Positions 17,659-28,007 of a stretch of DNA of 64,000 nt are shown here, in pieces. The position numbers and the translations under genes are program-made. Position 1 is the stretch's first letter. Each line of letters begins with the position of its first letter. Location: the NCBI GenBank assembly GCA_963643175.1, contig CAVIJF010000001.1, forward strand, positions 7,830-71,829, read 5' to 3'. The notes below the pieces were generated by a model that worked only from the letters and a program-made list of their open reading frames with translations, ran no database searches and was not told the origin of the DNA. Origin of the DNA: a bacterium. Lineage in GTDB: Bacteria; Bacillota; Clostridia; Oscillospirales; CAG-272.

Positions 17659-19833
17659 ATGGGCAACATACAGGTTCTTTCCTTTGAGGTTGCCAACCTC
17701 ATTGCGGCGGGTGAAGTCGTGGACAGACCCGCCTCCGCCATCAAGGAAATGATGGAAAACGCCATTGACGCGGGTGCCCGGCACATCACGGTCGAGATAC
17801 AGAGCGGCGGCGTCAGCCTGATGCGCGTCACGGATGACGGCTGCGGAATGTCGGCGGAGGATCTGCCCATGGCAATCCGGCGCCACGCAACCAGCAAGAT
17901 ACGCGACGCCGCCGATCTGGACGGCATTATCACGCTGGGCTTCCGCGGCGAGGCGCTTGCCGCCATTTCCTCCGTGTCGGATATGCGCATCATGTCCAAG
18001 CGTGCCGAGGACGCCGTGGGTTCCATGCTGGAAGTGCGCGGCGGGACACTGATAGGCGTCAGCGAGTTCGGCTGCGGCAATGGCACGACCGTCATGGTGG
18101 AGCACCTGTTTGCCAACGTACCGGCGCGGCGCAAGTTTCTCAAGCGCGATGCCACCGAGGCGATGGCAGTCAGTGCCAACGTGGAGCGCGTTGCCCTGTC
18201 GCACCCGGAAATTGCCGTCCGCTTCATTTCGGACGGCGCACTCCGGCTGGATACCGCCGGGGACGGACAGCTGAAGAGCGCGATTTATGCCGTCTACGGA
18301 CGGGATTTCGCCTCCCGCCTCATCCCGCTGGCGGGGGAGTACGAGGGAGTGGAGATAACCGGTTTCATCGGGCGGTCGGACAACGTGCGCGCCAACCGTA
18401 ACGGGCAGAATTTCTTCATCAATTACCGCTACATCAAATCGCGCACGGCACAGGCGGCGCTGGAGCAGGCATTTGTCTCCTACCTGCCCGCCGAAAAGTA
18501 TCCCGTGTGCATCATGAATATCGGACTGAATCCCGCCCGGGTGGACGTCAATGTCCATCCCGCCAAGCTGGAAGTCAAATTCTCCAACGAAAAGCCGGTG
18601 TTCGAGGCAATCTACTACACCGTCCGGCAGGCGTTGGAGCAGGATACCGGGCGTCCTGCCCTCAAAACCGAGGCGCTCAAGCCGACATTTGCCAAGCCAT
18701 CCGTGCGGCTGGCGGATGCGACGGCACCTATTGAGACGGAGCGTCAGGAGTCCCTCCGACAGCGGCAGGTGACGATAGAGCAGGCGGTGCACGCACCCGG
18801 CGCGGGACTGTCCTCTGCCGTAAAGCCCCCGCAGGAGCGCATCACGGCGGAGGAGTACATCCGTCGGTATGTCACCGGCGGTGCCGGGAGCGCGGCAGGG
18901 CAGGGCGCAGGGGAAAAAATTCCCGCCCCTGCCCCGGCATCGGTTCAGCCAAAGCCTGCGGCGCCGCCGCGTATGCCGTCCGCACCGGCAGAACCGCAGC
19001 CGGTATCCCCTGTATCCCCGGAATCGTTGCCAATCCCGCCGGAGGATATGCCGGTGCCGCCGCCCCCGGAGGAGCCGCCCGCATGGGCAGACGAACAAGC
19101 CGGGTTTCCGGAGGATGTCAGGCGTCCGGAGGATCCGGCACCGGCGCCGCCCCCGCAGACCGTCCCCCCGGTGCAGAATGCCGCACCGCAGACGCCGCCG
19201 GACGCCGGACCGGACGGAACCCCGGCGGCGGATGTGCCCGCCGCGCCGCTCCCGTACCGGATTGTCGGGGAGGTATTCTTCTCCTACGTCATCGTGGAGC
19301 AGGGCGAGAGGATGCTGCTGATAGACAAGCACGCCGCACACGAGCGCATCATTTTCGAGCAACTGCGTGCCAACCTGCGCCGGCGCGACTATGCCGTAGA
19401 TTCCCAGCTGATGCTGCTCCCGGTGGAGGTCATGCTCATGTCTGACGAGGTGGGCATCATCGAATCCTACCGCAAGGAGCTGGAAGGTATCGGCTTTGCC
19501 TTTGCCTGCCTGCGCAACACGGTCCGCGTGGATGCCCTGCCTGCCGGAATCGATACCGCCGCCGTGGCGGATATGTTTGCCACGTTCGCCGCCCAGCTGG
19601 CGGAGGGAACGGGCGACCCAAAGCTGACGCGCGACACGGTATTCGAGAAGGCATTGTTTCAGGCATCCTGCAAGGCAGCCATCAAGGCGGGACGCAACTA
19701 TTCGCCGGAGCAGACGGCGTACGTGGTGAATCAGCTCATGCACCTGCCGGATGTCACTTTCTGCCCGCACGGCAGACCGGTTGCCATGGAAATCAAAAAG
19801 CGGACGCTTGACCATCAGTTCGAGCGGTGCTGA
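17659..19833 (+). CDS. mutL: DNA mismatch repair protein MutL (endonuclease type)
   Basis: GHL ATPase N-terminus (IAAGEVVDRPASAIKEMMENAIDAG). A long Pro-rich linker. The C-terminal DKHAAHERIIFE is a variant of the DQHA(X)2E(X)4E nuclease motif. Confidence 0.95.
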   Translation: MGNIQVLSFEVANLIAAGEVVDRPASAIKEMMENAIDAGARHITVEIQSGGVSLMRVTDDGCGMSAEDLPMAIRRHATSKIRDAADLDGIITLGFRGEALAAISSVSDMRIMSKRAEDAVGSMLEVRGGTLIGVSEFGCGNGTTVMVEHLFANVPARRKFLKRDATEAMAVSANVERVALSHPEIAVRFISDGALRLDTAGDGQLKSAIYAVYGRDFASRLIPLAGEYEGVEITGFIGRSDNVRANRNGQNFFINYRYIKSRTAQAALEQAFVSYLPAEKYPVCIMNIGLNPARVDVNVHPAKLEVKFSNEKPVFEAIYYTVRQALEQDTGRPALKTEALKPTFAKPSVRLADATAPIETERQESLRQRQVTIEQAVHAPGAGLSSAVKPPQERITAEEYIRRYVTGGAGSAAGQGAGEKIPAPAPASVQPKPAAPPRMPSAPAEPQPVSPVSPESLPIPPEDMPVPPPPEEPPAWADEQAGFPEDVRRPEDPAPAPPPQTVPPVQNAAPQTPPDAGPDGTPAADVPAAPLPYRIVGEVFFSYVIVEQGERMLLIDKHAAHERIIFEQLRANLRRRDYAVDSQLMLLPVEVMLMSDEVGIIESYRKELEGIGFAFACLRNTVRVDALPAGIDTAAVADMFATFAAQLAEGTGDPKLTRDTVFEKALFQASCKAAIKAGRNYSPEQTAYVVNQLMHLPDVTFCPHGRPVAMEIKKRTLDHQFERC

Positions 19834-19931
19834 GCGCCGGGGGCGCTTCCCGCAGGTTCTTCGGATACGGCGGGGAACCGTCAAAAAACAAGGCACTGCC
19901 GTGTTCGGGCAGCAGCCGGAAAGAGATATGT

Positions 19932-21071
19932 ATGTTTGAAGTTCTCGCAAAGGACGGCCGCGCACGGCGCGGCGTCCTGCATACCGTACACGGGGATATC
20001 CAGACCCCCGTGTTCATGAATGTCGGCACCTGTGCCGCCATCAAGGGCGGTGTATCCACCGTCGAGCTGGCACGCGACCTGGACTGTCAGGTCGAGCTGT
20101 CCAACACCTACCACCTGCACCTGCGCCCCGGTGACGATTTGATTTACGACATGGGCGGACTGCATAAGTTCATGAACTGGTCGCGCCCCATCCTGACCGA
20201 CAGCGGCGGATTTCAGGTTTTCTCGCTGGCAGGTCTGCGCAAGATTACCGAGGAGGGCGTGCGGTTTGCCTCCCATATCGATGGCAAGCGGATTTTTATG
20301 GGTCCGGAGGAGAGTATGCAGATTCAGTCGCACCTTGCCTCCACCATTGCCATGGCATTCGACGAATGCATCGAGAATCCTTCGCCGTATGAGTACGTGA
20401 AGAATTCCGTTGCCCGAACGGCACGCTGGCTCCGCCGGTGCCGCGCCGAAATGGACAGGCTCAACAGTCTGCCGGAAACCATCAACCGCCATCAGATGCT
20501 GTTCGGCATCAATCAGGGCGGCACCTACGAGGATCTGCGCATCGCGCATATGCAGGAGATTGCGGAGATTCCCTGCGAGGGGTATGCCATCGGCGGATTG
20601 GCGGTTGGCGAGGAAACCGAGGAGATGTACCGCATCATCGATGCGGTGGAACCGTATATGCCCGCCGATAAGCCCCGGTACCTCATGGGTGTCGGCACGC
20701 CCTGCAACATTCTGGAGGCTGTGCACCTCGGCGTGGATTTCTTTGACTGCGTGATGCCCTCCCGCAACGCACGCCACGGCAACCTCTTCACATGGGAGGG
20801 AAAAGTCAATATCATGAACGAGAAGTATATGCGTGACCCGCGCCCCGTGAGTGAGTCCTGCCATTGCCCGACCTGTCAGAATTACAGCCGCTCCTACATC
20901 CGCCATCTGCTCAAGGCGAAGGAGTCGCTGGGAATGCGGCTGGCGGTGACGCATAACCTGTACTTCTACAACAGCCTGACCCGGAAAATACGCGAAGCGC
21001 TGGACGGCGGGTATTTCGAGAGCTTTTATCAGAAGTACCACGTTGCGCTGGGCGAGCGCAACCCGGACTGA
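19932..21071 (+). CDS. tgt: Queuine tRNA-ribosyltransferase
   Basis: Internal ATG of ORF 19827..21071. Motifs MFEVLAKDGRARRG…TPVFMNVGT, LTDSGGFQVFS and the zinc site CHCPTCQNYSRSYIRH. Confidence 0.95.
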   Translation: MFEVLAKDGRARRGVLHTVHGDIQTPVFMNVGTCAAIKGGVSTVELARDLDCQVELSNTYHLHLRPGDDLIYDMGGLHKFMNWSRPILTDSGGFQVFSLAGLRKITEEGVRFASHIDGKRIFMGPEESMQIQSHLASTIAMAFDECIENPSPYEYVKNSVARTARWLRRCRAEMDRLNSLPETINRHQMLFGINQGGTYEDLRIAHMQEIAEIPCEGYAIGGLAVGEETEEMYRIIDAVEPYMPADKPRYLMGVGTPCNILEAVHLGVDFFDCVMPSRNARHGNLFTWEGKVNIMNEKYMRDPRPVSESCHCPTCQNYSRSYIRHLLKAKESLGMRLAVTHNLYFYNSLTRKIREALDGGYFESFYQKYHVALGERNPD

Positions 21072-21079
21072 CCGCGACC

Positions 21080-21751
21080 GTGATGGAAGCGTGGACGAAT
21101 GCCCCCGTCCGGGGCGTGATATTTGACAAGGACGGCACCCTGCACGATACGGAGCGGGTATTTCACCGTGCATGGCTCGCGGCGGCGGAGGTTATGCACG
21201 TGCCGGATATGGATGATACGATCCGCCACTGCACCGGCATGAACCTGCACGACATCGGGGTTTTCTGGGAGCGTAAGTACCCGGACATACCGTTTGAGCC
21301 GTACATCCGCTTGCGCAACCGCCTGTTCGATCAGCTGATTGCGGAGGGGATTCCCCTGCGTCCGGGCGCCATGGAGGTGCTGCATACCCTGCGGGCACGC
21401 GGCTACCGGCTGGGTCTGGCAACTTCGACCGACCGGGAGGCGGCAACCGACCACCTCCGGCGCACGGGGATGCTGGAGCTGTTTGACGGGCTGGCATTCG
21501 GGGACATGGTGGAGAACGGAAAACCCGCACCGGATATTTATCTTCTGGCGGCGCGGCTCATCGGGATTTCCCCGGAGGAATGCGTCGGGGTGGAGGATTC
21601 GCTCAACGGTGTCCGTTCCATATACAACGCCGGAATGCGTCCCGTCATGGTGCCGGACATTCTCCGACCGACGGAGGATATCCGCCCGCTCCTGTGGGCG
21701 ACGTGTGACAGCCTTGCGGACATCCCGGATATACTGACGCGGATCGGATAA
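21080..21751 (+). CDS. HAD-superfamily hydrolase (beta-phosphoglucomutase-like subfamily IA)
   Basis: DKDGTLHDTE (DxDxT motif I), LATST (motif II), KPAPDIY and EDSLNGV. GTG at 21080 or ATG at 21083 could be the start. Confidence 0.8.
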   Translation: MMEAWTNAPVRGVIFDKDGTLHDTERVFHRAWLAAAEVMHVPDMDDTIRHCTGMNLHDIGVFWERKYPDIPFEPYIRLRNRLFDQLIAEGIPLRPGAMEVLHTLRARGYRLGLATSTDREAATDHLRRTGMLELFDGLAFGDMVENGKPAPDIYLLAARLIGISPEECVGVEDSLNGVRSIYNAGMRPVMVPDILRPTEDIRPLLWATCDSLADIPDILTRIG

Positions 21752-21782
21752 TCGGTATCCGACGGAAAGGAGCCGGCGGGCT

Positions 21783-22532
21783 ATGGGAAACAAGGAACAG
21801 TACGCGGAGCTTGCCGCGATTCTGGCGGGAGCGGAGCGCATGGTATTTCTCGGCGGGGCAGGGGTTTCCACCGGGAGCGGCATCCCGGATTTCCGGGGCA
21901 GTGACGGACTGTACACCGGATCGGCGCCGGAGGAAGACCCGCCGGAGCGGGTGCTCAGCGGCGCATACCTGCGCCGGTTCCCGGAGAAATTCTTTGCCTA
22001 CTACCGGCGGCATATGCTGTATCCCGGCGCCCGCCCCAACGCCGCGCACCGTGCGCTGGCGAGGCTGGAGCACGGGGGGAAGCTGGCGGCTGTCGTCACG
22101 CAGAACATAGACGGGCTGCATCAGGCGGCGGGCAGTCTCAACGTGCTGGAGCTGCACGGCTCGGTCATGCGTAACGAGTGCCTGTCCTGCGGGCGGGAAT
22201 ACCCGCTGTCGTTCGTGCTGGAGACGGAGGGCGTGCCGCGCTGTCCGGCGTGCGGCGGAATTGTCCGTCCGGACGTCGTGCTGTACGGCGAGGAACTGGA
22301 TATGCATACATTCATGCAGGCGGCGGATGCCATCCGCGCGGCGGATGTCCTGCTGATCGGCGGCACGTCGCTGACCGTTTATCCCGCTGCCGCCCTGCCG
22401 GATGAGTTTTCCGGAAAGCATCTGGTCATTATCAACCGGACGCCGACACCGCTGGACGGGCGTGCCTGGTTGGTCATACGCGACCCTATCCAGACCGTTC
22501 TGCCGGCGGCGCTCGGTCTTTCTGCGGACTGA
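21783..22532 (+). CDS. cobB: NAD-dependent protein deacylase (Sir2 family)
   Basis: GAGVSTGSGIPDFRGSDGLY, TQNIDGLH and the zinc ribbon CLSCG…CPACGG. Confidence 0.9.
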   Translation: MGNKEQYAELAAILAGAERMVFLGGAGVSTGSGIPDFRGSDGLYTGSAPEEDPPERVLSGAYLRRFPEKFFAYYRRHMLYPGARPNAAHRALARLEHGGKLAAVVTQNIDGLHQAAGSLNVLELHGSVMRNECLSCGREYPLSFVLETEGVPRCPACGGIVRPDVVLYGEELDMHTFMQAADAIRAADVLLIGGTSLTVYPAAALPDEFSGKHLVIINRTPTPLDGRAWLVIRDPIQTVLPAALGLSAD

Positions 22533-22586
22533 GGAAACAAACGGCAGGTTGCCAGACTGCGAAGAACCGAAGGAGGCGTCACGCCT

Positions 22587-23765
22587 ATGATCGATAAAGT
22601 TTCCGCTGAGCAGTGCACGCTGTGCGGTAGCTGCCGCAACGCCTGCCCGCAGGGCGCAATTTCGTTCGGGAAAAAGTACCTTGATTTCATCTATCCGGTC
22701 ATTGATGCCGCCCGCTGTAACGGCTGCAACCGCTGTGAGCGTGCCTGTCCGGTTCTGCGGGAGCAGTCATCTCCCGGGGAGGGATTCCCGCTTACCTATG
22801 TGGCACGGAACCGCGACGACGGAATCAGGCAGAGCAGTACCTCCGGCGGACTGTTCCACGCACTTGCGTCGCACGTGCTGGCGGCGGGCGGCTGTGTCTG
22901 CGGTGCGGTGTTCGACGGGCAGTTTCGTGTGCGGCACATCGTGTCGGATTCGCCGGACGACCTGCGCCGCATGATGGGCTCCAAGTACGCGCAGAGCAAT
23001 ATGGATATGTGTTACCGCGACATCAGAGCGCTGTTGACAGACGGCAGAACCGTGCTGTTCAGCGGGTGCCCCTGCCAGGTGGCAGGACTGCGTGCGTATC
23101 TCGGCAGGGAGTATGCGGGACTGATTCTGGTCGAGTTGGTCTGCCACGGCATCCCCGGCGCGGAGATGCTCCGGACGTATATTTCCATGCGGGAGAAGCA
23201 GTACGGCGCGAAGCTGAGCCGGCTGGAATTCCGCAACAAGGACGGGGGGTGGCACCGCAGTGCCGTGCGGATGGAGTTTGAAAACGGGAAGGTGTACCGG
23301 AGCCCGTATACGGAGGATGCATACACGCGAGGATTCCTGAACGGTTTTGATTTGAAGCCAAGCTGCTATCACTGCCGTTTCCGCAATTTTTCGGCAGGGA
23401 GCGATCTCGTTATCGGCGACTTCTGGGGCGCCGAAGTTATGCCGACATGGCAGGATGACAACCGCGGAACCTCCGCCGTGCTGGTCAACACGGAAAAGGG
23501 GCTGGCACTGCTTGAACAGCTTTCCCTGATAAAACAGCCGTGCCCGCTTGACGATATAGTCCGGTATAACCGGAATCTGATCTGCTCGTCTCAGCCGCAT
23601 CCGCAGAGAGAGACTTTTTACGCCTATGCGGCGGAGAAGGGGTATGAGGCAGCCATCCGGCACTTTCTCGAATATCCGGCGGCGTACCGGCTCAGGAATG
23701 AACTCCGCTACCGCCTGCGCTGTCTGTGGTACGCCGTGCGCGGCAAAGAAAAACCGTTCTACTGA
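22587..23765 (+). CDS. FrhB-like (coenzyme F420 hydrogenase/dehydrogenase beta-subunit family) Fe-S protein
   Basis: Two N-terminal CxxCxxCxxxCP ferredoxin motifs, followed by an FrhB N/C-like body (…GAVFDGQFRVRH…GCPCQVAGL…). Confidence 0.65.
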   Translation: MIDKVSAEQCTLCGSCRNACPQGAISFGKKYLDFIYPVIDAARCNGCNRCERACPVLREQSSPGEGFPLTYVARNRDDGIRQSSTSGGLFHALASHVLAAGGCVCGAVFDGQFRVRHIVSDSPDDLRRMMGSKYAQSNMDMCYRDIRALLTDGRTVLFSGCPCQVAGLRAYLGREYAGLILVELVCHGIPGAEMLRTYISMREKQYGAKLSRLEFRNKDGGWHRSAVRMEFENGKVYRSPYTEDAYTRGFLNGFDLKPSCYHCRFRNFSAGSDLVIGDFWGAEVMPTWQDDNRGTSAVLVNTEKGLALLEQLSLIKQPCPLDDIVRYNRNLICSSQPHPQRETFYAYAAEKGYEAAIRHFLEYPAAYRLRNELRYRLRCLWYAVRGKEKPFY

Positions 23766-23801
23766 TGAGAAAAACCAATACCTATGCAAGGAGTGAAAAA
23801 T

Positions 23802-25577
23802 ATGAATCAGACATGGGATTTATCCGTTCTGTACAGCGACTTTGACGACCCCGCCTACGCCGCCGACACGGAGGCGCTGGACGCCGCCATTGCCGCCCTG
23901 CACCGGTTGGCAGAGGAGGCAGGAACATTGCCTGCGTCCGAACTGGTACACCGCTACACCGACGCGGGCAACGCGCTTGTTTCGCTGGAGAGCAAGCTGT
24001 ATACCTACGCCTCGCTTCGCTACTCCGCCGATACGGGCAACACCGCCGCCGCCAGCGCCATCGGCAGGGTTATGGACAAGGTGTCTGCCGCCGTTGCGGA
24101 TGACACCCGCATACGGGAGGCGATTGCAGCTATCGGGCATGACCGGCTGGAGCAGCTGCTTGCCGCCGACCCGACGCTTGATGCGTATGCCTACATGCTC
24201 CGGAGCATCCTGAAGGACAGCCGCTACCGTCTTAGTGACCGGGAGGAAGCCCTGCTTGCCAAGATGAACCTGTCCGGAGCCGCCGCATGGGAGAATCTGC
24301 AGAACAGCCTGACCAGCTCGGTGAAGGTGCAGTATCGTGGGGAGACAGTTACGCTGTCCGATGTCCGCAACCTTGCCTATGACGCGGACGCGAGCGTCCG
24401 CCGCGATGCCTACAACGCGGAACTTGCGTGCTACGGACCGATCCGTGACGCGGTTGCTTTCGCCATGAACAGCATTAAGCTGCAGACCATCAACGAGTGT
24501 GCCCTGCGCGGGTTTTCCTCGCCGTTGGAGCAGGCGCTCCATGCCTCGCGCATGAAGCGGGAAACGCTGGATGCCCTGCTTTTCGCCATGCAGGAGTATC
24601 TGCCGGTATTCTGGAAGTACCTCCGCGCCAAAGCTGCCTATTTAGGGTATGAGGGCGCCCTGCCGTGGTGGGATATGTTTGCCCCCATCGGGAAAAGCGA
24701 TGCCGTATTCACGCCCGAGTCCGCGCGGGACTACCTCCTGCAGGTGTTTGCCGGGTTTGACAGCCAGCTGCACGACATGGTGGAACGCGCCTTCAACGAG
24801 GCATGGATTGACTTCTTCCCGCGTCCCGGAAAGGTCGGGGGTGCCTTTGACTGCGGCGTGCCTGCCATCCGGCAGAGCCGCGTGCTGACCAATTTCGCCG
24901 GGTCTTTCTCGGATGTGGTGACGCTGGCGCACGAGTTAGGTCACGCCTTCCACGACCAGCAGGTGTTTCCGCATCCGGTCATGGTTCAGGATTACACCAT
25001 GCCGGTTGCCGAAACGGCGTCCACCTTCAACGAGGTGCTGGTCGGTGCCGCCGCCGTCGCCGCCGCTCCGGATGCGGAAACGGAGCTGGGACTGCTGGAA
25101 TCCCAGCTGTCTGACGCCACGCAGATTATCTGCGACATCTACTCACGCTTCCTGTTCGAGGATTCCGTGTTCGCGCACCGCCCGGAGGAGTTCATGGACG
25201 CGGATCGGCTCTGCGCCCTGATGACGGAGGCGCAGAAGACCGCCTACGGGGACGGGCTGGACACCGCGACCCTGCACCCCTATATGTGGCTGTGCAAGGG
25301 GCACTATTACGGTATGTCCTACTACAACTTCCCCTACGCCTTCGGCGGTCTGTTCGCGCGCGGACTGTATGCCGAGTACCGGCGCCGCGGCGCCGACTTT
25401 GTGCCGGTATACAAGCAGATGCTTGCCGCCACGACCCACACCGACGTGGAGGAGTGCGCCCGCATCGCTGGCATTGACCTGACCGACAAGGCATTCTGGG
25501 AGGCAGGACTTGCCTCGCTGTCCGAGCAGATTGAGCGGTTCTGCACGTTGGCAGCCGCGCACGGGAAAGAGGCGTAA
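23802..25577 (+). CDS. M3-family oligoendopeptidase (PepF-like)
   Basis: Internal ATG with RBS aaggag. Zinc motif HELGHAFH. Length and layout fit the PepF/M3B family. Confidence 0.85.
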   Translation: MNQTWDLSVLYSDFDDPAYAADTEALDAAIAALHRLAEEAGTLPASELVHRYTDAGNALVSLESKLYTYASLRYSADTGNTAAASAIGRVMDKVSAAVADDTRIREAIAAIGHDRLEQLLAADPTLDAYAYMLRSILKDSRYRLSDREEALLAKMNLSGAAAWENLQNSLTSSVKVQYRGETVTLSDVRNLAYDADASVRRDAYNAELACYGPIRDAVAFAMNSIKLQTINECALRGFSSPLEQALHASRMKRETLDALLFAMQEYLPVFWKYLRAKAAYLGYEGALPWWDMFAPIGKSDAVFTPESARDYLLQVFAGFDSQLHDMVERAFNEAWIDFFPRPGKVGGAFDCGVPAIRQSRVLTNFAGSFSDVVTLAHELGHAFHDQQVFPHPVMVQDYTMPVAETASTFNEVLVGAAAVAAAPDAETELGLLESQLSDATQIICDIYSRFLFEDSVFAHRPEEFMDADRLCALMTEAQKTAYGDGLDTATLHPYMWLCKGHYYGMSYYNFPYAFGGLFARGLYAEYRRRGADFVPVYKQMLAATTHTDVEECARIAGIDLTDKAFWEAGLASLSEQIERFCTLAAAHGKEA

Positions 25578-25581
25578 CACC

Positions 25582-27069
25582 ATGAAACATACGGAAAACA
25601 GCCTGCTGCCGGTGATTCCGGCACCGCACACCGCCCGCATGACCGGGAGACGGGTGGCGCTGCCTGCCACGGTTTCGCTGACAATGCCGGATGCGGCGGA
25701 CGCCGCCGACACGCTCTCGGTGTATGCAAGGCGCACGCACGGGGTATTCTTCACGGTTCAGCCGGTGACGGGCGCGGTCGGATTTGCCCGGGATGCCGCC
25801 CTGCCGTCGGAGGCGTACCGGCTTTCGCTTGGGGATACCGTGACCGTCACCGCCGCCGGGGCTGCCGGCTGGCAGAACGGCGTCTCCACCCTGATTCAGC
25901 TGATGGAGAAGGGGGACGACGCGGCGCATCTGACATTTCCGGAGGGTGAGATTGCGGACGAGCCGGGCTGCAGCTGGCGCGGGCTGATGGTAGACCTTGC
26001 GCGGGATTTCCACGAGTTTCCGGTTCTGCTGGAGTATGTGGATCTGTGCCGGTTCTACAAAATCCGCACCCTGCACCTGCATTTCACGGACGACCAGAGC
26101 TACACGCTGCCCTCCCGCGCATTCCCGCGGCTGTCCACGCCGGGGCGCAGCTACACCGAGGAGCAGATACGCGGGTTGGTCGCCTATGCCGCCCGGCGCG
26201 GGGTTCTGCTGATGCCGGAGATTGACGTGCCGGGACACTGCACCTCCTTTGCGGAGGGCTACGGGGATATTTTCGGTACGGACGGCATCATCTGCCAGAG
26301 CGAGCAGTCCATGGCGTGCATGGAGGCACTGTTCCGCGAGTTGTGCGGGATGTTCCCGGACAGCCCGTATATTCACATCGGCGGCGACGAGGCGACCATC
26401 TCCAAGTGGACGGACTGCGAAAAGACGCTTGCCGCCAGCCGTGCCCGCGGCGTGGACGTTGACGGGTATCTGGCACGCGAGGGGGGCAGGGAAGAACTGG
26501 CGCAGATTCTGTATGCTTCCTTCATCCGCCGCACTGCCGAGGCGGTGCTGTCCTGCGGCAGAACGCCGGTGGTATGGGAAGGCTTCGGCGCGGCGGTCAA
26601 CGCAGTCATCCCGCCCGAAACAGTGGTCATGAGCTGGGAAAACTACTATCAGGTGACGCCGTCCCTGCTCTCCGCCGGCTTCCGCCTGCTCAACTGCTCG
26701 TGGTCGCCCCTGTACGTGGTCGCGCCGGATGTCCACTGGACGCCCGAGCAGGTATATGACTGGAATGTGTACCGCTGGCAGCCTGTGCACGGCGGCTCTC
26801 CGTACATTAAGACGGGGCTGACCATTCCGCCCACCGATCAGGTGGAGGGCGGTCAGCTGTTGGCGTGGGGCGACCGCATCATGGCAGCGTTCCCGAACGA
26901 CCTGCGTGCGGGTGTGCGTGCCGAGCAGAAACTGCTGGAGGAGCGTATTCCCGCGCTTGCCGAGAACACTTGGAACCGCGAAAAGCTGTCCGACTATGCC
27001 GAATTTTCAACCCGCTATGACCGCGTGACCGGGCTGTACGAGCGCTTCCGGACGCAGAGGAGCAAGTGA
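25582..27069 (+). CDS. Beta-N-acetylhexosaminidase (GH20)
   Basis: Internal ATG of ORF 25510..27069. Motifs RGLMVDLAR, LHLHFTDDQSY, MPEIDVPGH and HIGGDE (catalytic D-E pair). Confidence 0.8.
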   Translation: MKHTENSLLPVIPAPHTARMTGRRVALPATVSLTMPDAADAADTLSVYARRTHGVFFTVQPVTGAVGFARDAALPSEAYRLSLGDTVTVTAAGAAGWQNGVSTLIQLMEKGDDAAHLTFPEGEIADEPGCSWRGLMVDLARDFHEFPVLLEYVDLCRFYKIRTLHLHFTDDQSYTLPSRAFPRLSTPGRSYTEEQIRGLVAYAARRGVLLMPEIDVPGHCTSFAEGYGDIFGTDGIICQSEQSMACMEALFRELCGMFPDSPYIHIGGDEATISKWTDCEKTLAASRARGVDVDGYLAREGGREELAQILYASFIRRTAEAVLSCGRTPVVWEGFGAAVNAVIPPETVVMSWENYYQVTPSLLSAGFRLLNCSWSPLYVVAPDVHWTPEQVYDWNVYRWQPVHGGSPYIKTGLTIPPTDQVEGGQLLAWGDRIMAAFPNDLRAGVRAEQKLLEERIPALAENTWNREKLSDYAEFSTRYDRVTGLYERFRTQRSK

Positions 27070-27070
27070 T

Positions 27071-27988
27071 ATGAGTTTCCTGTACCTGTTGGAATCCGTC
27101 CGTAACCCGGTGCTGAACATTCTGATGCAGGCGGTTACGGAGCTGGGCAGTGCGACGATGTTCATCGCCTTCGGAATGCTGATGTTCTGGTGCGTGGACA
27201 AGCGGCAGGGCTACTACCTGCTGACAGTCGGGCTTGCCGGAACCTTCCTCAATCAGTTCCTGAAAATATCCTGCCGCGTGCCGCGCCCGTGGGTGCGCGA
27301 CCCGTCCTTTGCCATCGTCGAGTCCGCACGTGCCGACGCCACCGGGTACTCGTTTCCGTCCGGGCATTCGCAGATTGCGGTCGGAACCTACGGCGGGCTG
27401 GCAATCTGCCGTCGGGAGCGGTGGGTGCGCATTGTCGGTATCGTGCTGGCGGTGCTGATTCCGTTCTCCCGGATGTATCTGGGCGTCCATACGCCCGCCG
27501 ACGTGTCGGTGGGCGCCCTGTGTGCGCTGGTGCTGGCGGCGGCTCTGTGGGTGCCGTTTTCCCGCGTGGGGACGGCTCCGCGCCTGATGATTCCGGTGCT
27601 TGCCGGAACGGCGGCGCTGGGACTGGTTCTGCTGGGCTACGTCAGTTTCTACAATTTTCCCGCCGATCTGGATACCGCCAGTTATGCCGAGGCGGTCAAG
27701 AATGCGTGGTCGCTGCTCGGCGTTACGCTGGGACTTGCCGTCTCGTGGACGCTGGATGAGCGGTACCTGCATTTTTCCACCAAAGCGCCTCTGTGGGGGC
27801 AGGCAGTCAAGTTAGTGCTCGGCATTGCGCTGCTGCTGGGCATACTGGAAGGCACAAAACCGCTGTTCAGTCTGCTGTCCGGCGGCGCACAGTGGGCACA
27901 TCTCGTGCGCTACATGCTGGCGACGCTGTTTGCCGGCACCGTGTGGCCGCTGACATTCCGCCTGTACGGCAGACAAAGAAAACACTGA
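27071..27988 (+). CDS. PAP2-family membrane phosphatase
   Basis: Acid-phosphatase motifs KxxxxxxRP (KISCRVPRP), SFPSGHS and SRMYLGVHTPADV. Multiple TM helices. Confidence 0.8.
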   Translation: MSFLYLLESVRNPVLNILMQAVTELGSATMFIAFGMLMFWCVDKRQGYYLLTVGLAGTFLNQFLKISCRVPRPWVRDPSFAIVESARADATGYSFPSGHSQIAVGTYGGLAICRRERWVRIVGIVLAVLIPFSRMYLGVHTPADVSVGALCALVLAAALWVPFSRVGTAPRLMIPVLAGTAALGLVLLGYVSFYNFPADLDTASYAEAVKNAWSLLGVTLGLAVSWTLDERYLHFSTKAPLWGQAVKLVLGIALLLGILEGTKPLFSLLSGGAQWAHLVRYMLATLFAGTVWPLTFRLYGRQRKH

Positions 27989-28007
27989 TGACACAAGGAG
28001 ATATTTC

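Noticed and set aside
18860-19260. About 130-aa Pro/Ala-rich segment in MutL.
   Set aside because: It corresponds to the known disordered linker between the MutL N- and C-terminal domains. It is longer than in model organisms, but it stays in frame and both flanking domains are intact.
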